Source: the human T2T-CHM13v2.0 reference genome, Homo sapiens
Length of the DNA stretch: 64,000 nt
Reading direction: 5' to 3' (one strand)
Assembly: GCF_009914755.1 (NCBI RefSeq)
Contig: NC_060930.1
Positions 37,853 through 49,989 of the stretch are shown here, piece by piece. Position 1 is the stretch's first letter, and every line of letters starts with the position of its first letter. A program made the position numbers and the translations under genes. Below the pieces are notes generated by a model. The model worked only from the letters and a program-made list of their open reading frames with translations, had not been told where the DNA came from and did not search any database.

Positions 37853-38046
37853 ACAATGGTTCTTAGCTGATGATGATTCCTATCCCACAACCTCAGTGGA
37901 TATTTGGCAATGAATGGAGACATCTTGGTTGTCACAACTAGAGGATGGGGTAGTGTTACTGGCAGCTAGTGTGCTGGAGACAAGTTCAATCCCTACAGTA
38001 AAAATTATCCAGCCCAAACTGTCAATGGTGCCAAGGTTGAGAAGCT
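37853..38046. mobile_element. MER20 remnant
   Basis: CAATGGTTCTTA...ATTTGGCAATG...TTGGTTGTCACAACT...AATGGTGCCAAGGTTGAGAAGC. Confidence 0.75.
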
Positions 38047-39960
38047 CTTCATTAAGGTTTCTGCCATAGACTATGAAATTGATGGTAGAACATAGCACTG
38101 ATAGAAAAACCAGGATGAGAAGCAAGTTAAGGGAGAAAATAATGACTTTGATTTTATACATATTGACTTTGTGGTACCTATGGGACAGTGTTGGCTATTT
38201 AGATCCTTGTTCCTCATCACTACCTCTGTTCTCTATCACTTTGTCTAGTGCCAGTTTATAGATTAAATGAAATGGTTAAGGATCTGGAAGAGGTGAATAC
38301 AGTTGAAGAATAGTTATCTTGGGATGGGAAGAAAGAGACACAGAGAGAGAGAAGAGAAGAGAGAAGGAGGGAGGGAGGGAGAGATTGAGAGCTAGTGTAA
38401 GCATGACGGAGTGCACAAGCTGAGAGCAAGGGCAGGAGGTTCACAGAGAAAATGATTGGTGTTAGGAATTTCAAAGGTGGAATATTCCTGTTGATGACTT
38501 CTTAAACATGTGACACTGGCAAAAGGGTCGCTGATATGGAAGTAAGTTAAGATGGTTGGAGTTGAAAGTTGAGAAGGTTAAGTAGTTGTGAGGCTATGGT
38601 TCTTCTTCTTGAACACTTAAATCATCCTAGATAATAGTTGGCTGACGGGACAAGTGTGAGACAGTAATCCTGATGTCGTCTGTCCTTTTCCCCACACCAG
38701 GCTTGCCTCTTTCCACAATTTTCCAACTATTCTATAGGAAGGAATAATTGCTAATTTAATTGACTAGATAATCGGTGTGCCATGTTTTAATTGAGTAGTC
38801 ACAAACCTATGCAATCTCTACTTCCTGCTTCAACAGGCTAAATGGACCTAAGCCAGTCTGTGTTGTTTTTTTTTTTTTTCAATTTTATGTGGCTAGCTAG
38901 GAAAGTCAGATATCTTCCTGTATTTCAGCTCAAGATAATACATCTTCACTGTAATTGGTTCCTCCTCTTAATCTTTGTTCCAAATTTTCCCACCAAAATT
39001 TACATGGTTCTTGGTATTCTTGGCTATCCCATTTGATTTTTAACATAGTTTCACCCATGAGTAGACGTTTGAGGACTTCAAATTTCCGCATCCATTCTGA
39101 GTGGCTTTTGGTATTTTCCAATTAAAACTCCATTGCCGACCCATCAGTCTCTCACCACATTGCATTTTAATTCCCAGAAATAAAATTAAAAAGTCTATCA
39201 TTATCCCATCACATCCATTTTATTCAAGGACATGAAAGGCAAGAATTATTTTTTTCTATTCTTCTATTTTCTTCACTGGCTTGACTTCTTGCTTTTTTTC
39301 TTTGATACAGTTTAAACTTGATTACTTCCCAGCCCTCTGATGTTAATCTCTCTAGACTCTCTGTTGAGAATTTAGGAGATGTTCAAATTTTTAAATTTAA
39401 GTCCCAAATTGACCTTTTTAGACCTGATCTCTGATTTGCATTCCATTAAGCTATTTATTGAGCACTTAACTATATAACAAAGGTTGAATGTTTTACATGC
39501 AAGATTTATTTTAATCCTCATTATACATCGTGCCTCTCATTATTTGATTTCTTTCCTAAATTGTCTTATTTTTCTAGTTGTCTTGTTATGTGTGTCTGTC
39601 CACTGCCTCAACTTGTAGAGAATCTTTTATAGACCTAAGAAAATTTTCCTGCAGCCTAATTTCTTGGCCAAATGCTTGCTGATCTTCTTATAAATTAAGT
39701 CAATTCTAAATCAGAGGAAATAAAAAAGAGATAAAGGAATAGAGGTAGTAAGTATATTAAGTTCCTATGAGTGAACTTCAGGTAAATGCCTTATTTTAAT
39801 TTGTTTAGAATATAGGTATTCAAGTAATTACAACTGTGTTTCTTTCCTTTCTCTCTCCCCTCCTAATTTCTCTTAATACCAAAAATGAAGGATATGCTTT
39901 CAGTATTTCATTCAAGGTTAAGCACATTTTTAAAATGTGTTCTTTGCTTTCTATTTACAG

Positions 39961-40062
39961 AAATCATAGCAGTGAACAGTTTTAGACAATGAAATGAAAT
40001 GCAGGGATTTCAGTGGATTGCAAAACCAGAAAAAACAAATTCATTAACATCTCCTTTATCGG
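39961..40062 (+). ncRNA. Possible non-coding exon
   Basis: TGTTCTTTGCTTTCTATTTACAG| acceptor and CGG|GTAAAG donor, 102 nt, stops in all three frames; splice motifs only. Confidence 0.2.
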
Positions 40063-43019
40063 GTAAAGTTATGTTTGTATTAGCTGGGGAATTTAAGTAA
40101 AAGAAAAACATTTTGGAGAAAGTGTATTGATTTTTGCATAATAATACAGAGCAATGAAGGTGGATTGCCAGGTATAAGTTCCTCTAGCAATTATGAAGGG
40201 TACAACAAAACCACACCAGCACAATGTTGGAACATATCCAGTAGCTATTATTGATTTATAAATGTAAATCCAAATCAAAACTATTAGAAAATATAATTAT
40301 TCTCTGACAATTCTTTTCCATACATATTATACAGTCAGCATTTCACTTAGCTTAGAAAGCTTTATTTTTAAAGCAGCTTCTGGCCTTGCTATAATAATTC
40401 TTGCTTTTTACCCAATTTACCAGTTGGATAATTACTTTTAAAAATCTAAAAACTGAATTGTATAATTTGTGGATTAGTCAGGTTTAGGTAGTAAACAGGT
40501 ATAACAGATTTTTAAGGCCATATTTTTATTCAGCAAAGGTCTAAGGGGCAAGTGCTGAAGGCTTTGTTGTTTTTTTGTTTGTTTTTATGAAATTGAATTT
40601 TTATGAAAGGTGTTGGTATTTGATGGGTTGTGCAAGCCCTTTGGAAGTTATGTAGTACAAAAAGAGAGATTTTAATATGGGACACTCATCCAAAAATGCA
40701 CATCCTGAGCTGATTTAGAAAGCTAATAGAGAACATAAGCAAACATACGTCATACTGTATCATACTATATCAGCCTGCTACAAGGAAAGGCAAATGTTTT
40801 GTTCATCTACAGTGCTGTCAATTTGTTCTATTCAGTGTCTAGTGTTTAAAAGAAAAAGGGAAAAAAAACTTAAGCAATTCCACACGAACAATAAGTTAAT
40901 TCAAGCATTTCGCCGACTTTTAATTTTTTGATAAGTTGTTTAATTAAAATAATCAATTTGGTTATACTGGGTAGACAAAATTTAAATAAATGCTTTAAGT
41001 TGATGTAATAAGAAACCCAGTTCAATGTATCTGTTTTATTTCTTTTCTTTACTCACATATCCCCCATTGATAATATTAACTGCTAAGCTGATTTTCTGTT
41101 AAATATAGAAATATGATGAAATTTTAAATACACATTTGTTTCTCTTGAGTAGGTCACTTATGGCTGATCAGGTTCAGATCTATTATTCGGTATTTTCCTA
41201 ATCCAAATCTGTTGTTAGGAATTTGGACCCTTTATTGCCTCATTTGACAAATAGTAAATTTTCCTTTTTTTGTAGTTAGTAGTGATTCCTTAGTGCCAAA
41301 CAGGTTAAATATTTAACTCGATGACTGTCACAATCTTAGAAAACTCTCAGTTTAGAAAGATTGGTTTCTAAGCTAAAACAGAATTAGCATCTAGGTGATG
41401 CTATGTGAAGACAGCAGTGAGCACCTGGGTGTTATTTTTTTTTTTAACCTTTTATTTCCTGTTAAAAAGGAAGCAAAGATTATCTTTAACAGCAGCTGGT
41501 GAAAAGATTGGAGTTTAGGAGGATACTTGGAGTAGAAGTCTTGTATAGGAATACTTAGCGTGATTGTGAAGATATGACTCATCATGCTTTAATTTCCTAA
41601 ATGGATTCAGTGCTTTATTTAAGAAAACAAAGCAACAATGTGTTTTGTGTAACAACAAGGTAACACATTTTGCTTTGTTGTTAAGAAGCGAATTTAAGAT
41701 CTGGCTGCTCTTGTCATGTTCTCACATCAATGAATGAAACACAGAAATCTGATACAAGAGGGGAAGATTGAGTGGTCAGGCAGAGAGAGGGTGCAGATTC
41801 CTGGGATCCAAAATAGGATTCAAATACACAAGCGTTAGTTTGACAGACAAGAGAATAAACTGTTTCCCTTTGAAATTTTGATAAAGCACTATATAATTGT
41901 CAGTGGAATAGCTACTGATGAGAAACACATTTTTTTAAGCCAAAGATGATTCTAGCTACTACTCAAAATATTTAAATTATAAGATATTTCAAACATAATG
42001 GAGACCTATAGAAAGTTACATAGCAATCCATGTATTCATTATGAAGATTACATACTTTTTTGCCAAATTTGCTTAATATTTCTCTTTTTTTAGATAAAAA
42101 AATACATCATATGACTAAAGCCCAGCCATTCCATGCCTTCTTGACCTTGTCTTCTCAGGTTAGCCTCTCTCCTGAATTTGATGTATAGCATTCCTATGAA
42201 TGTTATTTAGTATTTATTGTATATATTTACGCATCTCAAAGCAATATTTGCTTTATTTTACAGGTTTAAAAAATTGACATAAACAGTGTAGATCTTTTTT
42301 GCAGTGTTCTTTTATTCACTCTTAACATTATTTTTAAAGATTTATCCATGTAGATACTGCATTCATTTAAATTACTGCATAATATTCATTATATAGACAT
42401 GCCAGTTTATTCAAATGTTTTTCTGCTGAGGGACAGTTAGATTGTTTCCACATTTTGCCAATAGTCTTCCAATGAACATCTGTGTTTTCCTCATCTTGTG
42501 GGTATGTGCAAGAGTGGAATTGTTGATTCATAGGATATGCCCGCATTCAACTTTTATAGCTATTGTCAAATTGCTTTATAAAGCAAATTGTATTAATTTT
42601 TGCACCTCAGCATTTGTGTATAAATGAAAACATTTCCTAACATCTCTGGTACTGATTTGGGTTATTGAATTAACAAATTTTCCCCAACCAAATGGGTTTA
42701 AAATAGTTCCTCCTTCATTTGTATTTTACTGATTACTGATGAAGTTGTGTGTTTATTGAGATATTACTTAGCTACGAATGAATCTTATTTAATATGTTTA
42801 TAAAAGACAGCTTGAAACCAGATCTATGAGTATATTGGAAGTTATTACTGTGCTGATGCTATACTGTTTAACTTACTGTATGTAGCATTATGGAACACTT
42901 TATTATGTTGTGGGTGATGGCCTTTTAATTACTTCTCTTCAAAATTGTCTTGCCTACTAGTCTTGACCTTTTCCTCTGATGAATTTTAGCCATAGGTAAC
43001 CAAACTTTGGGAAAGAGTC

Positions 43020-43387
43020 TTTTTTTTTTTTTTTTTAATTATACTTTAAGTTTTAGGGTACATGTGCACATTGTGCAGGTTAGTTACGTATGTATACATG
43101 TGCCATGCTGGTGCGCTGCACCCACTAACTCGTCATCTAGCATTAGGTATATCTCCCAATGCTATCCCTCCCCCCTCCCCCCTCCCCACCACAGTCCCCA
43201 GAGTGTGATATTCCCCTTCCTGTGTCCATGCGATCTCATTGTTCAATTCCCACCTGTGAGTGAGAATATGCGGTGTTTGGTTTTTTGTTCTTGCGATAGT
43301 TTACTGAGAATGATGATTTCCAATTTCATCCATGTCCCTACAAAGGACATGAACTCATCATTTTTTATGGCTGCATAGTATTCCATG
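43020..43387 (-). mobile_element. L1PA2-type 3' end, ~370 bp, 5'-truncated, inserted in old L1M
   Basis: GTGCGCTGCACCCACTAACTCGTCATCTAGC (GAG-type 3'UTR, not Ta), GTGATATTCCCC; short TSD GTCTTTT, TTTT/GA endonuclease-like site. Confidence 0.9.
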
Positions 43388-44789
43388 TCTTTTGAATTTG
43401 TAGCTTTGAATCTATAGATTGGTTGGCAGAGACTGGCCATATTTAAGTGTCATTTTTGATATGGCATATTTTTCAATTAATTTAGGTCTTATTTACCTTC
43501 TTCAGTAATGAAGTTTTTATACTTTCCTCACATGTTCAGATTTATTTATAGTTACTTAATAATGTTTATATTGGATACATAAAAACTAATATTTTAGATA
43601 TGTTTTATTGTAAATGGTAGCTTTTAAGTACTTTTTAAAGCATTTGTTCATGATAGAAATATATTTGCTTTTTGATTATGATCTTGAATCCATAAAATAC
43701 GCCATACTCTATTATTAATTCTGCTAATTTGTCAATAGATTTTCAGAGATATTTCTATATAGGCAACCACACTGTTTTATTTGTTTCCCTTGGGCATATA
43801 CTCAAAAGCAGAATTGCTGGAGGGAGAGAATACATAAATGTTTAGTTTTAGTTAAGAGATACTGCCAAACTGTTTTTCAAAGTACTTACACCAATTTACA
43901 TTTCATCCCACAATCAAAGAATGTTACAGCTGTTTTTCATCCTTGCCAACACTGGGTGATGTCAGTCTTTTAAAATTTAGACATTTTGGTGGGTATGTGA
44001 AATCACCTTGTCATTTTCATTTGCATTTCTTTGATTACTAATGGCATTTGAGTACCATTTCATATGTTTATTGGCTAAATAGTGTATTGATATTCTTTCC
44101 TGTAGAGTGTTTACTGAAATTTTTCCCCTGTTTTAAAATTGTATTTTCTGCATTTTAGATAATTGAAAATATCATTATGGGTAAAAATATAATTGATTTG
44201 TAGGATACAACTTCTTTGTTTGATGGAAGTATTCTCCCCAGTATGCAGTTAGTCTTTTTTTACCTTCTTAATGATATCTTTTGGTGAACAGATGTTCTTT
44301 ATTTAATGAAGTCAAATGTATCAATTTTTTCTTTTATGATTAGTACATTTTATGTCTTAAGAAATTTTTATCTGTCTCCAAATCAAGAGTATATACTTTT
44401 ATGTTTCTCTTAGAAATGTGATCGTTTTGGCTTTTAGGTGTATAACTATTTCCAATTTAATTTTTGTCTATGATTATAATATTTATAATTATAGCTTACT
44501 GCTTCAGCACCATTTATTGGAAATACCACCCTTTCTAACTGAGTTGAATTGGTACCTTTGTTATAAATCAGATGACTATGTGTTTGTTACCAATGTTAAT
44601 ATATTTCACTCTTACCTGGCTCTAATTTTTTCTACCACTCATTATGATGTCTTTCTTTGAGCTATGTTTTAAAATTTCCAAATATTTCCTCTTTGTAATT
44701 CTTTTTAATTTTACCCTGAATATTTAATGACTTTGTTGTTACGTGCATATAAGCTCAAAAGAATTATATTTTCTAGGTGAACAAATTCC

Positions 44790-45775
44790 CTCATTCACTT
44801 AACAAATTCTATTGAGTATCACACATTTTTTTTTAAGGGACTAGGGATATAGCAATGAGCAAAAGAAAGAAAAAGCTGTTTACATGGGCCCTACATTCTA
44901 CTGATGGAAGAAAGATAACAAACAACATAAAATATATGTATGTGTGTATATACATATGCATATATATACATATGCATATATATATATATACATATGCATG
45001 TGCATATGTAAGTACATATATGTTTGTATACATACAAACACATGCATGTACATATATGTTTACTTATATATATATGTATTGTTTAGATGGGGTTAAGTGT
45101 ACAATGTAGAAAAATTGCTGGGAATGGTGACAGAGTATATTAGAAGGAGATACTTGCAATTTTAAATAGGGAGAACAGTGAAGACCTCACACTTGAAAGG
45201 AGACATTTCAGCAAAGGCTTGAAGCAGGTAAGAGTGCTAGTCCTGCAGATACCTGGAGGAAGAAGATTCTAGGTAGAAGGCACCACAAGCGCATATGCCC
45301 TGGACGACATGTTCTAAGAAAAGCAAGGAGCCAGTGTGGTTAGATTTGAATAAGTGAGACAGAAAGCAGTAAGAGACAAGTCATAGAGGTAATGGGACAA
45401 ATATACTGAGTAGGGCCTTGAGAGCTATCTGAATGCCTTTGGATTCTTATTTTGAGTGAAATGAGAATCCATTGGGAGGTTTTGAGCAGAGGAGTGATAG
45501 GATATAGCTTTTGTTTTAACAGGATCACTCTGGCTGCTGTGTTAGGAACAGCCTGAAGGAGAACAAGGGTGGTAGTAGGAGACCATTAGGGGGCTATTGT
45601 CATAACAGAGGGGAAAGATAATCACTTGGACCAAAATGATAGATAGAGATGGAGGTAGTGAAAAGTGCTCTGGCTCTGGGAATTTCTTTTGAAGACAGAG
45701 CCTGAATAATTTGCTGATGGTTTGGATTTATAATGTCAAAGAACAAAACATCAAGAATAATTTAAATTTTTGGTT
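44790..45775 (-). mobile_element. L2 3' region with embedded (TA/CA)n repeat (44930-45080)
   Basis: TCATTCACTTAACAAATTCTATTGAG...GGATCACTCTGGCTGCTG...TTTGCTGATGGTTTGGAT. Confidence 0.8.
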
Positions 45776-46543
45776 CAAACAACTTTTTTGCTCACTGTGT
45801 TATGTCCTATTGTATCTCTAATAATTTGTTTTTGCCTTAAAATCTATTCTAAATTATATTAATGCTGCTAAGTATTTGCCTTTTGTTTTCAACCTTTCTA
45901 TGGCCTCTCTGGCTTATAGCTGAATTTTCTTTTTAAAATCCATACTCAAATCTTATAAATTTTACTGGGTTAATCTATTTGCATTTATAATTATTAGTGT
46001 TATTTATCTCTATCATCTTGTTTTGTACTTTCTATATCTTTCTTTTGTTTTTTTTTTCTATCCCCTGCATCCCTACCTTCTACTGTAGTGATTACTCTTC
46101 TTTATTCTCTTTTTTCCCCTTTATTGTTTTGAAAATTATCTATTTTATATTTATTTACTTAGTAATTACCCTTAAATATGTAACATACCATTCTTGATTT
46201 AACAAAGTCTAAAGGAAATCAGTACTTCTCTACTCCTCCCAAAACATATCCAGACAGAAAATTCTTGAACTTGAATTCTCCTTTCTATTTTATATATTAT
46301 TGCTTTCAGTATTTTATTTTAAACTTTTCCTAATGGAATTTCACATCTATTCACAAAAGCATAGAGAAACATACAATAAACATTATGTACCCTTCACTTG
46401 GCTTCAATAACTACTTGTAAAGTCCCATCCTGTTTCATCTATACCTCTTCATCCCCCCCATCCCTTCCACGTATTCTTTATTTTAAATAAAGTAATTTCT
46501 TCTTTATTTAAAAACAAATTCCAGACATTTTAGGTATAAATAA

Positions 46544-46927
<384 letters not shown>

Positions 46928-46957
46928 CTATTTATTTTTATTATTGTTCTACACTAA

Positions 46958-47017
46958 TATCTGTTTAGATTTAGTATCTGTTAGATTTAGATATCCGTGG
47001 TATCTGTTTAGATTTAG
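46958..47017. repeat. Three copies of TATCTG(T)TTAGATTTAG
   Basis: 46958-46974, 46975-46990, 47001-47017. Confidence 0.85.
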
Positions 47018-48464
47018 CTGCACATTTACCCATTTTGTTGCTCATCTTTGCATTTTGCATTCATTTTAGCTTAGTTCCCTTCTTCCTAAACTACATTTTT
47101 AGTAGTTCTTTAAGGAAAAGTAATTAATTGTGACTCCTTGTGAATTCTCTTTGTATCAATATTTAAAAATGTGTGCTCCCTGTTGAATAATATATATCTG
47201 AGAATAAAATACTTGATTGTCAGTTATTTTCCATAACATTTTGAAATTATTTCCCCATTGACTTCCAATCTTCACCATGCTTTTGTGAAATCAGGTATCA
47301 ATCTAGTTGTCTATTTCATAGTTTTTCAATTCACTGCTGTATGTGAGGCTGTGGATTTTTAACCTATTTACCTTAGGTTTCTTAAGGCTGAGAATTCTTG
47401 GATGTAATCAATTCTGAGAATTTTTCACTATTATCTTTTTAAATTGTCTCTCCTTATTCTTTCAATTACCTTTTGGAAACTCTTATTTAAAAAATATTGG
47501 ACTCTTAGTTGGTTTTCCATGATTTTTAACTTTTTTTTATGATTTCTGTCTCTGGGCTAGAGTAATATTCTCAGATTTATTTTTCAGTTCTCTAATTTTC
47601 TTTTCAACTATAGTTTTCATTTCTCAAACTCCATTGATTTTCAGATAGTTACTGATTACCTATTTTCATAATGTCTTACCTTTTGGGGTAGTGCAATTAA
47701 GTCCTCTTATTGCTTTAAACATATTGCATTTATATTCTCTTTCAGTTATTTCACATTCCTGTTTGTGTCTATTGACTCTTTCTCAGGGTGGATTTATCCC
47801 CAAGTTATTGTGACTCATTTTTGAAGATACGTTGCCTTTTTTTTTTTCCTTTGGTAGAAAATGCCCCTTCCTTAAAGCCTGGAATGTGGAAGAATTCCTC
47901 CACGGCAGTTTGGCATTTTCTTTTGCTATATGATCCAGAGACACCACTGATCCAGGATGAATTTTTTCTTTCTAATTATAATAATAATTTCTCAGCTTAG
48001 AATTCCCCAGACCACAAAGGTAGAAGAAATTAAGATTGAAAATATGTGTGGCTCACAAACCTGGAGTTTAAATTTATGAGGGAATATTTTTCTTTCTTTT
48101 TTTATTTATTTTTGATCTTCTAGAATTAGATGCTTTCCTATGCAGATTTTTAAAATAAATAAATTTCTAAAACTCCTAAACTGTCATAATATACTACAAA
48201 AGAAATTTATATTTATTGTAGTAAATGGGAAAAAACTAGAAAATACACCATGAAGGAAGAAAACTTACTGATGATCCCACCACTAGGCTGATGATCACTT
48301 TAACATTTGATATTCTTAAAGTTCTATTCTTTATAAATGTATATATTTTTTCAAAAAATGAAATTGGACCAGATAGTACATTTTATAACTATGTTTTACT
48401 TAAAGTAATATTTATTTAAAATAATATTATAAAAAAACTTGCATATCTTTAAATATTTTTCTAC

Positions 48465-48673
48465 AACACATTTTCAATTAGGATGATTTTGCTCTCCCAT
48501 GGGACCATTGGCAATATCTGGGGGACAGTTTTGATAGTCATTAATGAGCAGTGCCGCAGGAATTTAGTAGGTAGAGGCTAGGAATACTGCTAAGCCTACA
48601 ATACACAGTACATCCCCTACAACAAAGAATTAATCAGCCCCAAATATCAATATTGTCAAGGTTAAGAAACTGT
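48465..48673. mobile_element. MER20 remnant
   Basis: GATGATTTTGC...TTGGCAATATCTGG...GGGTAGAGGCTAGG...CAAGGTTAAGAAACTG. Confidence 0.75.
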
Positions 48674-49174
48674 TCTACAACATCATTTGAATGGGTGCTA
48701 ATAAGATTGTCTTTCTAATGTCCTTTATTCTGATCATGATAGTCCTCAAAAACTCCAGTAACCCTTGTTTGTATTACTTCTTAAGCAGTAATATATGTTG
48801 TCTTGAAGTATTAATCATCTCTTTATGCTGTTCAACTAGTCTATGTGTTTTTAAGGAGCTGCTTCTCTGTGCTCTGTTTTGTTGATGACCAGTAGGCCCT
48901 CAATTCTTGTCGGATGATAATAGTAAAGTTGATCAGTATTACAAAATAATTAGAATGTGAGCTCTCCTTTTGTAGAGAGGCAATGTAGTGTGTTGAAATA
49001 CACTTGGATCTGTCATCAGATTCAGGCTTTGTTTCTTAGCAGTTCATGTGACCTGGACATATATTTTTCTAGCCTTAATTTAAACAGCTATAATATGGAC
49101 ATAATAATATCAGCATACAGGGTTTCTGTTAGAATTTGAGAGCATGTGGGTAAAATGCCTGGTGAGAGTAGGTA

Positions 49175-49331
49175 ATTTTTTAATTTTTAATTTTTATTTT
49201 TTGAGATGGGGTCTTGCTTTGCCACCCAGGCTGGAGTGCAGTGGTGGCAATCATGGCTCAATGCACCCTTGACCTCCTGAGCTCAAGTGATCCTCTCTCA
49301 GCCTCCCAAGTAACTGGGACCACAGGCATGT
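49175..49331 (-). mobile_element. AluJ right arm only
   Basis: TTTGAGATGGGGTCTTGC...CTCCTGAGCTCAAGTGATCC...GGACCACAGGCATGTG, then abrupt switch. Confidence 0.85.
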
Positions 49332-49989
49332 GGGTCCTCAGTAAGGCCCCACCTTTGGGCCAGGGAGGCCCTGAAGGCTGGGGGACAGGCTGCCAGTCCC
49401 GTGGACCAGAATGGGGACTCGTGGTGCCTGTTCTGGGCACACCCATGGCAGCCCATGGACCAATTAGCATGTACTTCCTCCCCTCTGAGGTCCGTAAAAG
49501 CCCTGGGCTCAGTCAGAGCAGGGCAAAGGACGGCCAGAGGACAAAGGGAGACATGGGACCTGATGACCAGCTGCAGAAAGGAGTACCCTCTCTGCTGAGA
49601 GTTGGAGACAATGCCATGACCAGCTGCAGAGAAGAGTACACTCTCTGCTAAGAGCTGCAAAGAGGACCTGCCAGGAAGAGAGGGGATACCCTCTCTGCTG
49701 ATAGCTTCAGGGACCTGCTGAGATGTGGGAATGACTTGCCTGTGGAGAGAAGCCACTCTTTCCAGGGCCGCCTCTCTGCTAAAAGCCAAACACTCAACTG
49801 GACAACTTGCCTACAGACAGAAGCTACTCACTCCTCTGAGCTGTTCTAACACTAAATAAAACTCTTCTTCACCCTTCACTTGTCTGTGTACTTCATTCTT
49901 CCTGGACACAGGACAAGAACTTGGGCAAAGGCCCTGTGGCCACAGAGTTTTCTGGCCAGAAAAAGCGACACCTCAGAGATCCCATAACA
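49332..49989 (+). mobile_element. ERV1 LTR (LTR1/LTR28/MER52 group), 5' part missing
   Basis: Repeated GACCAGCTGCAGA...TACCCTCTCTGCT units, AATAAA near 49855, terminus GAGATCCCATAACA. Confidence 0.75.

Noticed and set aside
38330-38385. GA-rich tract as donor of the proviral insert
   Set aside because: Too short and generic, and lacks the unique 13650-13700 sequence
49214-49789. 145 and 163 aa ORFs
   Set aside because: Chance frames across the GC-rich Alu/LTR junction; no recognisable domain
49560-49790. Spaced repeats superficially resembling a CRISPR array
   Set aside because: Degenerate internal tandem units of an ERV1 LTR in a primate genome
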